DNA of 64,000 nt from an uncultured Pseudomonadales bacterium (GCA_964648715.1 CAZYNM010000002.1:25056-89055), one strand, 5' to 3'. Shown: positions 28,061 through 38,884, counted from the stretch's first letter. The notes: generated from the sequence alone by a model not told the origin. Numbers and translations: made by a program.

Positions 28061-28507
28061 ATGAAACGTCCATTAGTGCTGGTGACCGGAGTCTTTGATT
28101 TACTCCATGCAGAGCACATAGCCTTTTTGCAAAAAGCCAAAGCACTTGGTGGGTCTTTGTACGTTGGGGTAGAGTGTGATGCACGAGTAAAAAAAATAAA
28201 AGGTGAGGGGAGACCGGTTCAAACTGCTGAAACTCGTGTGCAGGCAATTGAAAATCTCAAAATAGCTGAGAAAGTTTTCGTGCTTCCCGAGCACTTTGAC
28301 TTGCCCGAGCAACACCGCCAATTGTTGATAAAAATACTTCCCGATATCCTTGCAATCTCCTCACATACAGCGCACCAACCTGAAAAACACAAACTAATGG
28401 AAGAGATTGGTGGAACTGTGGTGGTTGTCCATCCACACAATCCAGCCATATCAACAACGCAACTCCTAGCGAACAGCAACTATAAGGAGCATGCATGCCA
28501 AAGCTAA
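28061..28507 (+). CDS. Cytidylyltransferase-family nucleotidyltransferase (TagD/RfaE-domain-II-like)
   Basis: LVLVTGVFDLLHAEHIAFLQKAKALG carries the (T/H)xGH motif (GxFDxxHxxH) of class-I-like cytidylyltransferases; 148 aa. Confidence 0.7.
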   Translation: MKRPLVLVTGVFDLLHAEHIAFLQKAKALGGSLYVGVECDARVKKIKGEGRPVQTAETRVQAIENLKIAEKVFVLPEHFDLPEQHRQLLIKILPDILAISSHTAHQPEKHKLMEEIGGTVVVVHPHNPAISTTQLLANSNYKEHACQS

Positions 28508-29877
28508 AGACAGTTTTTGTTTGCCATACTTGCGGAAGTGAATTCCCCCGTTGGAGTGGCCAATGTAGCAACTGCGGAGCATGGAATACCCTTGTAGAAG
28601 AAGTTAAAGAGAAGAATCAAACCAAGACCTCTAGCGTTCTCGCCGAAAAAAGTAGTATCTTCTTTTCTCAAGTCGAGCTCGTAAAAGGCTCAAAAAAGCG
28701 TTTTTCTACGGGAGTTAGTGAGTTGGATAGGGTATTGGGTGGAGAAAAAAGTGAACAAGGTATGATTGCTGGTGCTGTTATGCTCTTGGGTGGAGAACCG
28801 GGGATTGGAAAGTCAACTTTACTTACCCAAGTTGTGCTACATGCTCTAAAACAACAAGGTACTAATAGTCCTGCTCCTGTGGTGTATGTCTGTGGTGAAG
28901 AGAGTCCAAGTCAAATAGCATTAAGAATCAATAGATTATTAGAATCAGAACAAGAAAAAAACAGTGACACTTCATACGTTAAAAATCTCTTGTTCGTGAC
29001 AACTACGGATATTGACGCCGTCGCAGCTGTTCTGGAACAGGAAAAACCTTCACTTGTCATTGTTGATAGTATTCAGACAGTACATACCGAGCAATTGTCG
29101 GGTGGAGCAGGTAGTGTGGGGCAAGTGCGCTACTGTACAGAGATCCTTACTGAGCTTGCAAAGAAGTTAAGCTTCCCATTATTTCTGGTGGGTCATGTCA
29201 CTAAGGAAGGTCAGATTGCTGGTCCCAAGGTTCTAGAACATGTAGTTGATGCAGTCATTGAACTCACCGGGGAGCGAACGGGGGAATTGCGATTACTTCG
29301 GGCTATTAAAAATAGATTTGGTGCCACCGATGAAGTAGGTGTGCTTCAATTGACTGAGTACGGTTTTTACTCAGTTGAAAACGCAAGTAGCTTTTTTATT
29401 GAGCATCAAGAAAAAGCAGTGCCCGGCTCAGTATGTACCTGTGTGCTTGAAGGTACGCGACCATTGGCTCTGGAAGTTCAAGCACTGGTTGTTAAGTCAC
29501 CCCTAGCAATGCCAAGGCGAGTAGGCAGAGGAGTGGAAATAAGCAGGTTGCAAGTTATTACCGCAGTATTACAGAAATATTCCCGCATGCCGTTTGATGA
29601 GTATGATATTTTTGTTAGTTTAGCTGGTGGCTATACCACCAAAGAGCCTGCACTTGATTTAGCAATAGCAGTAGCACTGGTGAGTTCACTTAAAAACACC
29701 AGTATTCAGGCTGGTACGGCTGTAGTAGGAGAGGTGGGACTTTTGGGTGAAGTTCGGTCTGTGCAGTTGTTGGACAGGAGAAAGAAGGAACTTGAAAGAA
29801 TAGGATTTAAAAACATTTTTCTTCCAAATGAGTACAAAAATGTAAAAAATGTGCTAGCTGAATTAAAGCTACTGTAA
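28495..29877 (+). CDS. radA: DNA repair protein RadA/Sms
   Basis: N-terminal zinc finger CHTCGSEFPRWSGQCSNCGAWNT; Walker A GGEPGIGKSTLL; RadA KNRFG motif (AIKNRFGATDEVGV); Lon-like C-terminal domain. Confidence 0.9.
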   Translation: MPKLKTVFVCHTCGSEFPRWSGQCSNCGAWNTLVEEVKEKNQTKTSSVLAEKSSIFFSQVELVKGSKKRFSTGVSELDRVLGGEKSEQGMIAGAVMLLGGEPGIGKSTLLTQVVLHALKQQGTNSPAPVVYVCGEESPSQIALRINRLLESEQEKNSDTSYVKNLLFVTTTDIDAVAAVLEQEKPSLVIVDSIQTVHTEQLSGGAGSVGQVRYCTEILTELAKKLSFPLFLVGHVTKEGQIAGPKVLEHVVDAVIELTGERTGELRLLRAIKNRFGATDEVGVLQLTEYGFYSVENASSFFIEHQEKAVPGSVCTCVLEGTRPLALEVQALVVKSPLAMPRRVGRGVEISRLQVITAVLQKYSRMPFDEYDIFVSLAGGYTTKEPALDLAIAVALVSSLKNTSIQAGTAVVGEVGLLGEVRSVQLLDRRKKELERIGFKNIFLPNEYKNVKNVLAELKLL

Positions 29878-29880
29878 CAA

Positions 29881-32019
29881 CTACTTTTTATTTGCAGCGT
29901 AACGCTCACGACTTACTTTAACCACTTTATCTTTGTTTTTATTGCTACTCTTTGCCAGAGGGAGTGTCTCGGCTGGGAAGGGCTCCGAGATCATGTTGTT
30001 GATGGTAATTTTATTGACTATTTGATGTTTACCTAATGAAACAAGTTCATCTGCTGTGTAGCGGTTGTTAAATTCACGAGCCAGAACACCTGCATCCTCA
30101 GATCCAGTGACAAAGCTCACTATACTACCACAGTTGCCGAAAATTGCTTTTTGTACATCTTCTGGAATCTGTCCCATATATTGGTTAGCAAGAATAAGGT
30201 CAAGACGATACTTACGTGCTTCAGATAGAATCTTGGTAAATGATTCGGTTGCGAAGTTCTGGAACTCGTCTACGTACAAATAAAAATCGCGCCGTTCCTC
30301 TTCAGGAATATGAACACGAGCCATAGCAGCAAGCTGAATCTTGGTGATAAGCATGGCTCCTAGCAGTGTCGCATTATCTTCTCCCAACTTGCCTTGTGAT
30401 AGGTTGACCAAGATAATCTTGCCGGTATCCATCGCTTCTTCAATACTAAACGAACTATAGCGCGAATTGACCACATCACGAACCAATGGAGAGGAAACAA
30501 ACTGTCCCACTTTATTTAAGATAGGAGCAATTGCCTCGGTGCGTAACTTCTCTTGCATGGTGTCAAACTCTTGTTCCCAGAAATTCTTGAGAATATCATC
30601 ATCAAGTTGGGCAACCAGTTTTTGACGGAATGACTTGTTGGTAAGCATCTCAATAATGTCCGACAAGCGCGCTGTCTCACTCTTAAGGAGGGTTAGTAGT
30701 GCATTGCGTAGAATGTACTCAAGCCTAGGTCCCCAGGAGTAGGCATATAACTTGCGAAAAACAGACACGATACCAGATGCAATAAGTTCACGATGCACAA
30801 TATTAGTTCCCTCAAAGAGGTTTATCTGAACTGTTTTTTCTGGATCGCTGGGATCAAAGTAAATGACGTCATTAATACGACGTGAGGGAATATAGTTAAG
30901 GAGTGTCTCAACTAAATCGCCATGAGGATCAATCACACACATCCCCTCATCATTCTTTAAGTCACTGATAGCCATGTTGGCCAATAGAGTAGATTTACCG
31001 GTGCCGGTTTTTCCGATTACGTACATATGACGTCGTCTATCAACACGATGAACACCATACACATTTGCCACGTTCTTATAAATTGTTCTAGCAAAGGCAT
31101 TAATGTCTTTTTTCTGTTCCGCAGGAGTTTGAGCGGTGATCACAGGGAGATTCTCTGGTGGTTCACCCAGTAACTTTCTGCCCCAGGCAATGTTGGGAAT
31201 ACTAGCAATAACTGGAGTAGGGAGATGAAACATCGTGGCCAACTCATCAACCGAAAAATGTTGGGTGTCAAACAGGCCAAATGACCGATCGAGTATTTTT
31301 TGTTTAAGCAGCTCGGGAAAGAAATATGCTCGTTTCAAACTCAGCGAATTGCTTTCACTTTTAGTGATTCCTTGGAATGTTTGTGCGATTGTCTCGAGCA
31401 AATGGACGCTTCTGTGTTTTGTTTCTGCACCCACAAGTATCCGCAGGGCAACATCACACGATTGCTGGTTCCGTTTCATATCTATGAGTGCTTGTTGGGG
31501 ATGTGGTGTAGAGGAAGTAGAGAGTGCAGAAGAAGGAAAATAGTGACTTGGTCTACTAATTACATACTGAATCACTGCATGATCTTGTGCCCTTAATTGT
31601 GAGAGTGTTGCTATAAGTGGCATGAGTGGATCTGTCTGTGAGAAGTCTTTGTATGTTTTGAGCGGCAGAGCGGAGCCGTTTGAAAGCACCATGGTTCCAA
31701 CTGTGTACTCTCTTGGTTGTCCAGTAGCTGAAGTAAAGAGAGGATCGTGATCAAGTTTGGTGACATGCACATCCGGGTATGCAGCAGTGAGAATACTAAT
31801 AGTGTAATCAGCTACTCTCTCTGGACAATATAAAACAAAGCTAATCCGCTGTTCTTTGACATGAATCTCAAGACTCATATGTTCAAAACGCTGCAGAAGG
31901 TGATCCCACCAATAGTTGTGTAGATCTGGAAGCGTAGAGATAAACTGAATTATTGCCTCTGAGGTGTATGTGTTCGTTTTGGACACTTTAAGCTCGTATG
32001 CTACATGGCTTACTGACAT
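29881..32019 (-). CDS. P-loop NTPase of the FtsK/HerA/TraG-VirD4 (AAA-like, DUF87-type) superfamily; possible type IV coupling-protein-like ATPase
   Basis: Walker A MYVIGKTGTGKSTLLANM; Walker B DFYLYVDEFQNFAT; 712 aa with no N-terminal TM helices. Family assignment is approximate. Confidence 0.5.
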   Translation of the reverse strand: MSVSHVAYELKVSKTNTYTSEAIIQFISTLPDLHNYWWDHLLQRFEHMSLEIHVKEQRISFVLYCPERVADYTISILTAAYPDVHVTKLDHDPLFTSATGQPREYTVGTMVLSNGSALPLKTYKDFSQTDPLMPLIATLSQLRAQDHAVIQYVISRPSHYFPSSALSTSSTPHPQQALIDMKRNQQSCDVALRILVGAETKHRSVHLLETIAQTFQGITKSESNSLSLKRAYFFPELLKQKILDRSFGLFDTQHFSVDELATMFHLPTPVIASIPNIAWGRKLLGEPPENLPVITAQTPAEQKKDINAFARTIYKNVANVYGVHRVDRRRHMYVIGKTGTGKSTLLANMAISDLKNDEGMCVIDPHGDLVETLLNYIPSRRINDVIYFDPSDPEKTVQINLFEGTNIVHRELIASGIVSVFRKLYAYSWGPRLEYILRNALLTLLKSETARLSDIIEMLTNKSFRQKLVAQLDDDILKNFWEQEFDTMQEKLRTEAIAPILNKVGQFVSSPLVRDVVNSRYSSFSIEEAMDTGKIILVNLSQGKLGEDNATLLGAMLITKIQLAAMARVHIPEEERRDFYLYVDEFQNFATESFTKILSEARKYRLDLILANQYMGQIPEDVQKAIFGNCGSIVSFVTGSEDAGVLAREFNNRYTADELVSLGKHQIVNKITINNMISEPFPAETLPLAKSSNKNKDKVVKVSRERYAANKK

Positions 32020-32257
32020 ATATTTAGTATACCATTGAAGAGAGTAGGAGTTTTTTTACATCTTTTCCACTGTGTGTTTTTGATGTTAATAAGTTCAGAT
32101 TCAGTTGGCTTTATTTTATAAAATATTAATTATGAGATATTAAAAAATGAGGGTATAGATAGTTATAGGTTGACGATGATAAGGCGAAACGCTATACTAT
32201 CAGCACAGCACAAATAACCTTGAGTGCAGTAAGAACTAACAGCATGGGGGGAGACGA

Positions 32258-32306
32258 AAAAAAGCATCATTATCGCTGGACAGACCACGTATAACAATGC
32301 TTTTTT
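32258..32306. terminator. Imperfect hairpin flanked by A-run (5') and T-run (3'): candidate bidirectional intrinsic terminator
   Basis: AAAAAGCATCATTATCGCTGGACAGACCACGTATAACAATGCTTTTTTCTG. Stem GCATCAtTAT / ATAacAATGC, followed by TTTTTT on the plus strand and an equivalent T-run on the minus strand. Confidence 0.3.
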
Positions 32307-32546
32307 CTGAATATCTCCATCTTTTAAGGGATGGAAAAGTGTAAGTAGGGTTACTATAGATGTATCCAACTACTTTGTAAACAAAATCTTTCTCCATCCT
32401 TGTGTATACAAGTGTGCTAAAGTGTTGAATGGAGGTTCGGCAGTTGGGCAGGCAGCCGAGCTTCCATCCAGCACTTATTGATATATTACTTAATAATATC
32501 CTATATTGTTGTATATTTTGCCTATCTTTGATATACTACACGAACG

Positions 32547-33299
32547 ATGTCGTTAGTTCTTGCAACCCATGGACAGCTCCTCCAAACGAACTTTCCTAGA
32601 GTACGTAATCGTCTTGTTGGTGTACGTTTGGCAGGACTTCCACAAAGAAGTGCGACAATTAAAAAATTAAAAGCGTATAGCATTGTTGTTCTACGCTTTG
32701 TTTTATTTTCCATTATTATCACCGCATGTCTCGTTATTGGTAGTTTGGTTATACCTGAGTTAAGCAGTCGTCTGTTCTCAGACACCCAAGAAGGGGTTTT
32801 TGTACAGGCGGGTGAGCAACATGTAGAACCCAGTACTGCTCAAGTAAAAAAACCTATTGAGCGTCCTGTTGATGCAACACTGCCACAGGGGACATGGATC
32901 CGCATTCCGTCAATAGGGGTCAATACTCAAGCGAGACCTTTGCAGAATGCAGATGAAGCGCTGGCCGAAGGTGCGTGGATGGTCCCTGATTTTGGCAGAC
33001 CAGGAGACGAGACACAACCAACTATTATGGCTGCGCATCGATATGGCTGGAAGTGGTGGTGGCAAAGTGACTATTGGAAGCTAAACTCATTTTATCTGCT
33101 CACCGAAACAAAACCAGGAGACACAATTGAGGTTGTGTCTGATCAAAAGAAGTATATATACGAGATTTATGCCAGTGGGGAAGGTGAAGAGATAACCGAC
33201 TACTCAGCAGACTTAATCTTATACACCTGTAAGTTTATGAACTCTCCAATTCGCTATTTTAGATATGCCAAACTACACCCCTATGTGGACGCAGTTTAG
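32547..33299 (+). CDS. Sortase-family transpeptidase (membrane-anchored)
   Basis: N-terminal TM helix, then TWIRIPSIGVNTQARPLQ...TIMAAHRYGW...LILYTC: conserved sortase His (AHR) and catalytic Cys (YTC) contexts. Confidence 0.7.
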   Translation: MSLVLATHGQLLQTNFPRVRNRLVGVRLAGLPQRSATIKKLKAYSIVVLRFVLFSIIITACLVIGSLVIPELSSRLFSDTQEGVFVQAGEQHVEPSTAQVKKPIERPVDATLPQGTWIRIPSIGVNTQARPLQNADEALAEGAWMVPDFGRPGDETQPTIMAAHRYGWKWWWQSDYWKLNSFYLLTETKPGDTIEVVSDQKKYIYEIYASGEGEEITDYSADLILYTCKFMNSPIRYFRYAKLHPYVDAV

Positions 33300-33302
33300 T
33301 TT

Positions 33303-34979
33303 CTAGAGCTGTGATGGTATCTGTGAAATCTGTTGCGCTAGTTGGTCCAAGACAACAGGCTCTCCTTTGATGGCTGAAAATATTTGTGTAGCACCTTCCA
33401 TAATATCTGAATCATGATTAATGAGATCTGGATAGAGGATAGCAAACTTAATCAGCTCGGCATATTGCTCATGAATGCAGCTTTTAAAGGTCTCAGAAAA
33501 CAGTTCCTTAAAGTATCCTTTTAGATGGATCTGACCTCCAGCAACCTGAGATGCAAAATCCACCATATTTGACCGCTCAAAAACGGCCTTCGGTTCAACA
33601 CCACCTTTCCCGTCTGGCTGACAAAAAAGCGAAAGAAACTTGATGGCATCCTCTTCTGTTTCAAAAAGATTGAGTCTGTCTTTGCCAATGACATCATGGA
33701 AGTGCATCGTCATATATTCATTAAATTTCTTAAACATATCGCTGATTGTTGTGTCATCAGGGTGATTAAGAAAGAGATCGGGAAAATTAAACACCCTTGT
33801 CACCATGCGAGCTTTGCCGTGCAGTACACGAACATACACTTCTGGAGAAAACTGATTCACTTCTAATTCAGGGTCGGTGCCGTGGCCAGCAACTTCGTGC
33901 AAGAAGTATTCAGCACACTCACTGAGTGGATATATGCTCTGCATACTAGCGGGAATAAGAAGTTTGTGTTCAGACGGAGAAAAGGCTGTTTGCTCAGGAT
34001 TAGTGGGATCCGTATATGAACCTATACAAATTTGATGCTCATGCTCACCAAAACAGCATGCAGTAAATTTCTCAAGATAGCGTGTATACACTTCATTTTT
34101 GAAGTCTACACGGTGCTGGTATTCTTGGCTGATGTGCATCTCAGCTTTCTGCCAAAGTTCTTCATCAATATTTTTATCAAAGTTTTCTGGCAGCTCAGGA
34201 AGACCGAGGAGACTACGATAATATTTTATTTCTCCCACGAGTCTACGTAGTTCTGCCTCACTCGCTTCTTGAGACGCAGTGTGAGCTTCAGAGTAAGAAG
34301 TATTGGACATAGTCGCTGCGACATCAGCCGATTCTTTTGTTCTACCGCTTAACCACCCAAACTTACTTCCTGCTGCTCCAAGTGCGGCGCTGCCCAAGAG
34401 CCCAAGCGTCCCATACAAGAATCTTCTTCTTGAAGGATCTGACACCCTCTGAGCCTGTTGCTTGCTGACTTGGACGACTTTGTGCTCACTGATTACTTGG
34501 CTGCCACAGCACTGGATACGTATGTTTTGAGAAATGAGGAACAGCTCTGCTGAGGCTAATGCTTTCATCCCCAGATCAATAAGTTTTTGATTGGGCACGT
34601 TTTTTCCAAGTTCTTTTTGTAAAATATACGCAAGTGCATTGATATGTTCAAAGATCGTTGACTCGAGAACCGAAGTAGAGTTGCAGCTTTCTGGGTTGGC
34701 AATGAGTGTGAGCAAGGCAACAACCGCCGGTTGTACTGCTTCTGGCGCGTGCTCTTCTCGCAGGCGCTGGGGACGAGAGCCAGCGCGAAAAAACTGAAGC
34801 GTAACCCCATCACGCATAATATCCAATTGACTCTGTGCCAGTGTGAGTGTGTGTTGTGTAAGTTTCTCTGGAGGCGTGTGACTATGTGACTCAACCATCA
34901 ATGAGAATGCACTGTTGATTCTTGTGAGATGGGATGAGCTATACGGCTCGTGGGCACCGTTGTTGTCTTCAATTGCCAT
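33303..34979 (-). CDS. Hypothetical protein (558 aa) with an internal Tat-like/TM segment
   Basis: No family recognised. Internal SRRRFLYGTLGLLGSAALGAAGS around aa 180 resembles a twin-arginine signal but is not N-terminal. Confidence 0.4.
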   Translation of the reverse strand: MAIEDNNGAHEPYSSSHLTRINSAFSLMVESHSHTPPEKLTQHTLTLAQSQLDIMRDGVTLQFFRAGSRPQRLREEHAPEAVQPAVVALLTLIANPESCNSTSVLESTIFEHINALAYILQKELGKNVPNQKLIDLGMKALASAELFLISQNIRIQCCGSQVISEHKVVQVSKQQAQRVSDPSRRRFLYGTLGLLGSAALGAAGSKFGWLSGRTKESADVAATMSNTSYSEAHTASQEASEAELRRLVGEIKYYRSLLGLPELPENFDKNIDEELWQKAEMHISQEYQHRVDFKNEVYTRYLEKFTACCFGEHEHQICIGSYTDPTNPEQTAFSPSEHKLLIPASMQSIYPLSECAEYFLHEVAGHGTDPELEVNQFSPEVYVRVLHGKARMVTRVFNFPDLFLNHPDDTTISDMFKKFNEYMTMHFHDVIGKDRLNLFETEEDAIKFLSLFCQPDGKGGVEPKAVFERSNMVDFASQVAGGQIHLKGYFKELFSETFKSCIHEQYAELIKFAILYPDLINHDSDIMEGATQIFSAIKGEPVVLDQLAQQISQIPSQL

Positions 34980-35016
34980 ATAATCATAGTAGCATTAGCC
35001 TACCCAAGGCGTAAAC

Positions 35017-35045
35017 TTGACAAAATGATTAGTATTTGCGATACT
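35017..35045 (+). promoter_or_regulatory. Sigma-70-like promoter candidate upstream of rho (TTGACA-17-GATACT)
   Basis: TTGACA at 35017..35022, 17-nt spacer, GATACT at 35040..35045, about 100 nt upstream of the rho ATG. Confidence 0.3.
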
Positions 35046-35149
35046 ATCACTGTTGTTTTTCTGTTTGTTTTAGAGATATTTTCACACTTGATGATTTTCA
35101 CCGTTTTGAACAATTGTAGTATGTAGTGTCATAAAAGGGTGGCGTATAT

Positions 35150-36487
35150 ATGCCAAAGACTGCGACAGTAAAAAAAGAAGAAGTGGTGCAAGAACCTGTA
35201 GCTAGTGAGATTCAAGCGCCAGCAAAGGTTATTCCCATTGTCCCTGTGGTCCCTGTTGTACCTGCACAGCCATCACCAGTTAAACCATTACCTAAAATCA
35301 TGCCGTTACGCACACCTGCTCCTCAGCACCGTGAAGAGCGTGTAGAGAAGGATGTGCCAAGTGCAGTGGTGACGGGTATCCTTGATACTTCAAAAGATGG
35401 TCATGGAGTCCTGCGTGTTCACATGAGTGGAGATGATGAAAATGATATCTATATATCCACCTCTCAAATTCGTCGTTCCAAGTTAAGACCTGGTGATGTT
35501 ATTACTGGTCCTGCTCGCTATCCTAAAGAAAATGAGCGGTATTGGGGATTGCTTAAAATTGATTCAGTAAATGGCTATCCAATCGAAGAGTTCTTGCAAC
35601 TGGATCGCATTAAGTTCAAATCACTTACGCCTGTTTATCCAAATGAGCAGATAAAACTGGAGACTGGAGAAGAACCTCTTGCGCTACGTGTAATTGATCT
35701 TATCGCACCAATTGGCAAAGGGCAGAGAAGCTTGATCGTTTCTCCTCCCAAAGCAGGTAAAACCACTCTTCTCAAGGAAATTGCAACTGGTGTGGCTGCC
35801 AATCACCCAGAGATTCATGTAATGGCAGTTCTGGTTGGAGAACGCCCTGAAGAAGTGACTGATATTCGTCGTCATATTGACCAGATCACCAAAGGAAAAG
35901 GAGAAGTAGCTGCCAGTAATTTTGATGAGTCTGCAGATGATCAGTGCCGAGTCGCTGAGCTGGCGCTTGAAAAAGCAAAGCGCATGGTTGAAGCAGGTAA
36001 AGATGTTTTGATCCTCCTGGACTCAATTACCCGTCTGGCTCGTGCTTACAATCTCTCAATTCCTACATCAGGTAGGACGTTATCGGGTGGATTTGATCCG
36101 GCAGCGTTGTTCCCTCCCAAGAAGTTCTTTGGAGCAGCTCGTAACTTTGAAGTTCAAGGCTCATTGACCATCATTGGTACTGCTTTGGTTGATACTGGTT
36201 CGCGCATGGACGACCTCGTCTACGAAGAGTTTAAAGGAACTGGTAACCAAGAAGTACATCTAGATCGTCGTTTGGCTGAGCGAAGGATTTTTCCTGCGAT
36301 TGACGTTCAGAGATCTGGTACACGCAGAGATGATCTCCTAGTGGATAGTATGACCTATCAGTCTGTTGCAACATTGCATCGCATGCTTGATACCTTTGAT
36401 AAAGAAGAACGAACACAAATACTCATTGAACAACTTAAAAAGAGTAAATCAAACAAGGCATTCTTAGCATCTCTAAAAGAGGGCTAA
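35150..36487 (+). CDS. rho: Transcription termination factor Rho
   Basis: Walker A LIVSPPKAGKTTLLKEIA; Q- and R-loop region; RNA-binding CSD-like GVLRVHMSGDD. N-terminal ~70 aa are Pro/Val-rich low complexity instead of the usual helical subdomain. Confidence 0.9.
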   Translation: MPKTATVKKEEVVQEPVASEIQAPAKVIPIVPVVPVVPAQPSPVKPLPKIMPLRTPAPQHREERVEKDVPSAVVTGILDTSKDGHGVLRVHMSGDDENDIYISTSQIRRSKLRPGDVITGPARYPKENERYWGLLKIDSVNGYPIEEFLQLDRIKFKSLTPVYPNEQIKLETGEEPLALRVIDLIAPIGKGQRSLIVSPPKAGKTTLLKEIATGVAANHPEIHVMAVLVGERPEEVTDIRRHIDQITKGKGEVAASNFDESADDQCRVAELALEKAKRMVEAGKDVLILLDSITRLARAYNLSIPTSGRTLSGGFDPAALFPPKKFFGAARNFEVQGSLTIIGTALVDTGSRMDDLVYEEFKGTGNQEVHLDRRLAERRIFPAIDVQRSGTRRDDLLVDSMTYQSVATLHRMLDTFDKEERTQILIEQLKKSKSNKAFLASLKEG

Positions 36488-36534
36488 TCTATCTTGCGCT
36501 GTACTGCATGTGTGCTCGTATAATGGAGTGAGGT

Positions 36535-37653
36535 ATGTTTCATACAGTGAAAGTAAAGCTTCACGAAGTAACTAGCGAAGTAAGAGAGTTTGGTGCATTT
36601 ATTGTTCACTACATGAGAGTGCGCTCATATGTCTGGTTTCATAAATTTGAAGTAGTAAAAGACGCTCTTGTTGACTTGCTGTATCGCAAGCGAGGTCGCT
36701 ATGTCAGGCCATTCTTGCACCTTGGGACTATCGGTCTTATTTTCTTGGTTATTACTGTCGGTCCAGTGATTTTTGCGAGCGAAGAGGAAAAAGCGAAACA
36801 AGGAGGAGGCATTCTTGATACAGGGACACAAGTAGTTTCTTTATATACTGAGCAGGCAGAGGAGGTGCGTGCATTCCGCGGTGGTGAAATAACGGTACAT
36901 GTTGTCTCGCAAGGAGAAACACTTTCTAGCATTGCTGAGCGGTATGGATTGCAAGTGAGTACAATAGTTTGGGAGAACAAGATCCAGGAGAAAGCCGCAC
37001 TCAAGCCTGGAACTGAACTTAAGATTTTGCCTGTGGATGGTGTACGTCACCAGGTACAGCGCGGTGAAACAATTTTCTCTATTGCGAAGAAATATGGTCT
37101 AGATAGCTCTCAAGCCCAGGTAATTGTTGACTATCCATTTAATGAGTTCCTGAATGATGAAACATTTGAATTAGCAACTGGGCAGTTCTTGATGGTGCCA
37201 GATGGTGTGCCTCCGGTTGAGGAAAGCATCCAGCCCAAGATTGCTCAAAAAGTTATTCTTACACCAGATGCGGGTTCTGTGTCGGCAACCGGTTCATTCC
37301 GCTGGCCTGCGGCAGGCACAATTACTCAGGGATATCGCTTCTACCACAAAGCAATTGACATTGCTAATAGAGCGGGAGGACCAATTTTAGCTGCAGACAG
37401 TGGAGTAGTGGTTGGTGCGGGATGGGATACAAGTGGCTATGGTAATAGAGTTCTGATAGACCATGGGAATGGATATGTTACACTCTATGCCCACATGAGT
37501 GTCTTGCAAGTTACTCCTGGACAAAAACTTAATAGAGGTGATGTAGTAGGACAAATGGGAAGTACAGGAAGATCAACAGGTACCCACCTGCACTTTGAAA
37601 TTAGACAAAGTGGAGCGCTCTTGAATCCGCTCACGTTCTTGGGAGGTGGCTAA
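36535..37653 (+). CDS. LysM-domain M23 family peptidase
   Basis: TM helix, two LysM motifs (VVSQGETLSSIAERYGL; VQRGETIFSIAKKYGL), M23 core (HKAIDIANRAGGPILAADSGVV...GYGNRVLIDHGNGYVTLYAHMS...GSTGRSTGTHLHFEI). A TATAAT at 36517..36522 and GGAG-rich RBS lie upstream. Confidence 0.85.
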   Translation: MFHTVKVKLHEVTSEVREFGAFIVHYMRVRSYVWFHKFEVVKDALVDLLYRKRGRYVRPFLHLGTIGLIFLVITVGPVIFASEEEKAKQGGGILDTGTQVVSLYTEQAEEVRAFRGGEITVHVVSQGETLSSIAERYGLQVSTIVWENKIQEKAALKPGTELKILPVDGVRHQVQRGETIFSIAKKYGLDSSQAQVIVDYPFNEFLNDETFELATGQFLMVPDGVPPVEESIQPKIAQKVILTPDAGSVSATGSFRWPAAGTITQGYRFYHKAIDIANRAGGPILAADSGVVVGAGWDTSGYGNRVLIDHGNGYVTLYAHMSVLQVTPGQKLNRGDVVGQMGSTGRSTGTHLHFEIRQSGALLNPLTFLGGG

Positions 37654-38874
<1,221 letters not shown>

Positions 38875-38884
38875 GAACTGCTCG

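Noticed and set aside
32163-32785. Small ORFs 32163..32369 (-) and 32522..32785 (-) in or overlapping the 32-kb intergenic region
   Set aside because: No start context or RBS and atypical composition. 32522..32785 is antisense to the well-supported sortase gene. Region better explained as non-coding or regulatory.
33303-34979. HEVAGH motif read as a zinc-metalloprotease HEXXH site in the 558-aa protein
   Set aside because: The spacing is H-E-x-x-x-H, not HExxH, and no downstream third ligand context was seen.
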